Source of the DNA: Hadesarchaea archaeon
Lineage (GTDB): Archaea > Hadarchaeota > Hadarchaeia > Hadarchaeales > Hadarchaeaceae
Direction of reading: 5' to 3'
DNA: 37,364 bases
NCBI GenBank assembly: GCA_029259175.1
Contig: JAPDJH010000010.1
Span: 1 to 37,364 of the forward strand
Positions within the stretch are counted from its first letter, which is position 1, and each line of letters opens with the position of its first letter. Below are positions 34,656 through 37,364 of this stretch, in pieces. Both the position numbers and the translations under genes were made by a program. Below the pieces are notes generated by a model, which did no database searches, was not told the DNA's origin, and saw nothing but the letters and a program-made list of their open reading frames with translations.

Positions 34656-36219
34656 CCTATTTAGGCACTACACAGCCAAACTTCTTGAATATCTTCCTCT
34701 GCTCTTTGCTCACCCCCACGACCACGGAGGTTGTATCGTAGAGCTTCTTTTTCACTATCCTAAGCATGAGGAAAGCTTCGGCGAGTGACATCGACAGCTT
34801 CACTTGCTTCAGCTGCAGGAGGAGGCAGAGCGAGATGAACATCAGGAGCACGTAGGCCCAAACCCCGTCCTCTCGGTGGACCCTCGCAGGGAGGAGCTCG
34901 AGGTCCGTCTTGAGGTATCTGAAGTGCTTCTCGATTGTGTCCCTCGAGTAGTAGAGGTCGAGAGCCTCCGCGCAACTCATTCGCTTCGTCGAGAGGAGAA
35001 CCATCGTCTCCTTTCTTCTCAGCTCCTTCATCCTGACCTTCCGGTGCTTGAACTCCACGAACCTGCCCCCCGACCCTTCACTTTCGCCTCCTGCCTCTGA
35101 GGTACGCGGCCCTCTCCAGGATCTCCGAGGACAGCTTCTTTTCCTCTCTCGCCTTCCGCTCCGGGTTGAGCATCACATAAGCATAGAGTGGGATTCCCCC
35201 AACTCTCACTCTCTCCACGACGCCGAAGTGAGGGGTGCCATTGAACATGAACGCGTTCGAGGGGGTCTGGATCCGCGGGACGGTTTTCTCGATCAGCGCT
35301 TCGAACAGCGCGGTCATGGCGGGGAGCCCGATGATGAACCCTGTCCTTCTATCCCTCATCCTTTCTAGGTTTTCGGCCGAAAAGAAGCCCCTGTCGAGCA
35401 CTAGGAAAGGGTTTGGAGATTTTGTACGCCGCTATCTCACGGAGGGTTCCGTCGAGCACCACGACGTTCGTCGCATTCCCTAGCACGAGCTTGAAGAACA
35501 GGGGGAAGCGGGTGTTTCTGTCCGAAACCAGGAACAGTCCAATCTTGTGCTCGATGCCGCTGTCCGCATAGCTCCAGGGTGTGAGCATGGAAGAAATCAG
35601 GGTCGGCATCGCTGTGAGGTCCATCAGAAGAGTGGACGCGGCCGACGCGTACTTTTTCAGGTACGACTGGAGAAGCCCCTCCACGCTTTCGGGTTTCCCG
35701 ATCTCGGCGAGCGTGTCTGTGATGTTCTGAGAGGTAAGCTGCGAGAGGTCTCCCTCCTCCCTCAGCGCGCTAGTGGACACCCAGTAGTAGAGGAACTTCA
35801 GCGGCAGTGGTTGGATAATCCGGTTGAAAACGAATGTCTTCACGAAGAAGGAATGCCGTGGGAAGGACGACTTGACCAGCTCTTCCAAGCCGGAACTTCG
35901 GTACAGGTGGGAAAAAGGAGGTGGACGTCCCCGAGGTCCAGGATCGCCTTCTCCTCGTTCTTCCGGTACAGAACCTTCTCGAATTTCCCCCGCTCCTTAT
36001 CGATGACCTTCCGGAGATACTTCGATTTCTGAACCGCCTTTCCGGTTTTGGGATCCCGGTAGGTCCTAGCCTGATAGACGTAGAGGTTCCGGCCACCCGT
36101 TTGAACCTGATGTACCTTATTTGGTAGTGCTAATTACCACTACATAAGCTTTTTTGGTTTTCAAAAAATGCGTTATTTGACCTAGGAAACGTGAAATTTG
36201 ACGTAGTGCCTAAGTCAGG
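34656..36219 (-). mobile_element. IS1634-family insertion sequence with multiply frameshifted transposase
   Basis: Fragments YIRFKR / YVYQARTYRDPKTGKAVQKSKYL, LLMDLT, DRGFFSAEN and YYSRDTIEKHFRYLK lie in different frames. Inverted ends TTAGGCACTAC (34661-34671) / GTAGTGCCTAA (36203-36213). Confidence 0.85.
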
Positions 36220-36238
36220 CGGAAATCAGGAAGTTGGG

Positions 36239-36676
36239 TCATATTAAAATTGGATACAAAAGTGTGAGTAAAGCATAAATGTAAAGAATAAAAGTAGCCC
36301 AATTTAACATTTTTTTCCATCGCTCTTTGTGAATAGAAAATTGTGTTAACAATAATACCAAGCTTAAAGTGAATGCTTGCGCCGATAAATGCCAAATCTT
36401 TCCCCTCATACTTCATTGTGTTGATTGATTGGCGTATTGGATTGTAAGGTCTAGATATTTTTCAGACTGTTCTTTTACAGCTTCGTTTTCTCGGTTTTCC
36501 AAAGATAATTGATAATGAGCAAGCCAAAGAGTTCTATAAAGTTCACCTTTTGTTTGGAAATCACTTGCCATAGTGTTAGCCACCATACCACAACATAGTG
36601 CAAAGAAGGCTGATACTGCGATAGTAAATGCCATGCCTCCCGTGAAGAATTTTTCTAGTTTTAACTCAAATCTCAT
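36239..36676 (-). pseudogene. 3-TM membrane protein gene interrupted by one in-frame TGA (36413-36415)
   Basis: Reading through the stop in the same frame gives SMRGKIWHLSAQAFTLSLVLLLTQF...WATFILYIYALLTLLYPILI*, i.e. two more TM helices. Confidence 0.6.
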
Positions 36677-36886
36677 CTACTACTTATTTTCAAATTTTGA
36701 ACTAAAACTTTACGAACATATCAAAAAGAGCGTGATAATGCTGATATACACAAAAAGGTGAAGAAAGAGAATTCATTCGATGGGGTGAATGATGAATTTC
36801 TTTTAAAATATAGATAATAAAGATTGCACCCTCCGGCTTTGTTTCAAACTCGGGAGATAATTTTAGCCGAGAACTCTTGAAGTAAG

Positions 36887-37200
36887 TTGGAGGTTGGACC
36901 CGAGGCGATAGTCAAGGAGGGGAAATCCACGACCAAGCCCCGGTGCCGATTCTGCAAATCGGCAGATGTAGTTAAGGCGGGCAAGCGGTATAACCGTTTC
37001 GGTGAAAAGCAGCATTGGCTGTGCAAAGCCTGTAACAGGCGCTTCACCCCCGATGACGGCTTCTTAAGCCTATGGTACAGCAAGCACACGGTGGTCGAGG
37101 CCATAGACCTCCACTACGAGGGGCTCTCAACGCACTAGGTCGAGAGGCACTTCAAGCGATACCACAGGGCACACTCGCGCTGGACGACCATGTGGCGCTG
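36887..37200 (+). pseudogene. IS6/IS1-like transposase N-terminal fragment (zinc ribbon + HTH) with premature stop
   Basis: CRFCKSADVVKAG...QHWLCKACNRRF...EAIDLHYEGLS, TAG at 37136-37138, then VERHF...SRWTTMWR before homology is lost. Confidence 0.8.
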
Positions 37201-37237
37201 CCCGGTCCTTTACCGCTCCAACTCGATTTAGCACCCA

Positions 37238-37364
37238 TCACACCACCTTCACGTAGAGGGTGTTCGAATAGGTGCCGGGCGGGACGGACGGGATGGTCAG
37301 GAACCAGTAAACATACTTTTGAACACCCTCACCCCACTCCACGTTTGAGTAGAGGGGTTGCCCG
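37238..37364 (-). CDS. 3' end of a probable surface/exported beta-rich protein (partial)
   Basis: Minus strand reads GQPLYSNVEWGEGVQKYVYWFLTIPSVPPGTYSNTLYVKVV*, a typical terminal L.IP...PGTY..T strand pattern. Confidence 0.55.
   Translation of the reverse strand, partial: GQPLYSNVEWGEGVQKYVYWFLTIPSVPPGTYSNTLYVKVV

Noticed and set aside
1-37200. Composite transposon bounded by the IS6-like pieces at both window ends
   Set aside because: The two pieces cover non-overlapping parts of the transposase, so identity cannot be shown, and the enclosed DNA includes housekeeping arg genes.

Overview
Archaeal chromosomal window, probably from an anaerobic thermophile. This is inferred from TATA/GGAG-GGTG signals and archaeal gene families; a Hadarchaeota-like lineage is only a guess. 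(1) 1-7000 is an accessory, gene-poor region. It holds an IS6-type transposase end, an orphan ORF, an AN1-zinc-finger/membrane/beta-propeller protein, a zinc-finger/coiled-coil protein and about 2.4 kb of highly structured non-coding DNA. In that DNA one C/G-rich motif (core CCCCCTCCCCCCGGGGGT) recurs five times, and each copy sits beside its own array of helically phased short words (TGAGG; CCnTnnAnGG; CCTAA/TTAGG; CTTAAG; TGCTAGCA). (2) 7066-13808 is a probable membrane-lipid cluster: two paralogous wHTH regulators, UbiA, GT4, an HAE3/MMPL transporter and a Grs/Gms-like B12-radical SAM enzyme. (3) 13805-19880 is a minus-strand run: MBL hydrolase plus a relic duplicate, an AbiE-type toxin-antitoxin pair, an M23-like exported protein, a P-loop kinase and a TIM-barrel enzyme. 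(4) argGHCJ follows. (5) 24973-34522 is a metal/Fe-S island: DUF134, DtxR, feoA-feoA-split feoB-feoC, a 22% Trp microprotein, DUF5320, two NifB/NifX-family proteins, two ferredoxin-containing MinD-like ATPases, a zinc ribbon, DUF59, DUF89 and an iron-sulfur flavoprotein, with readable candidate operators. (6) The window ends with a frameshifted IS1634-family element, an interrupted membrane-protein gene, an IS6 fragment and a partial gene. No rRNA, tRNA or CRISPR array was seen. All family calls come from motif recognition by eye, not database searches.
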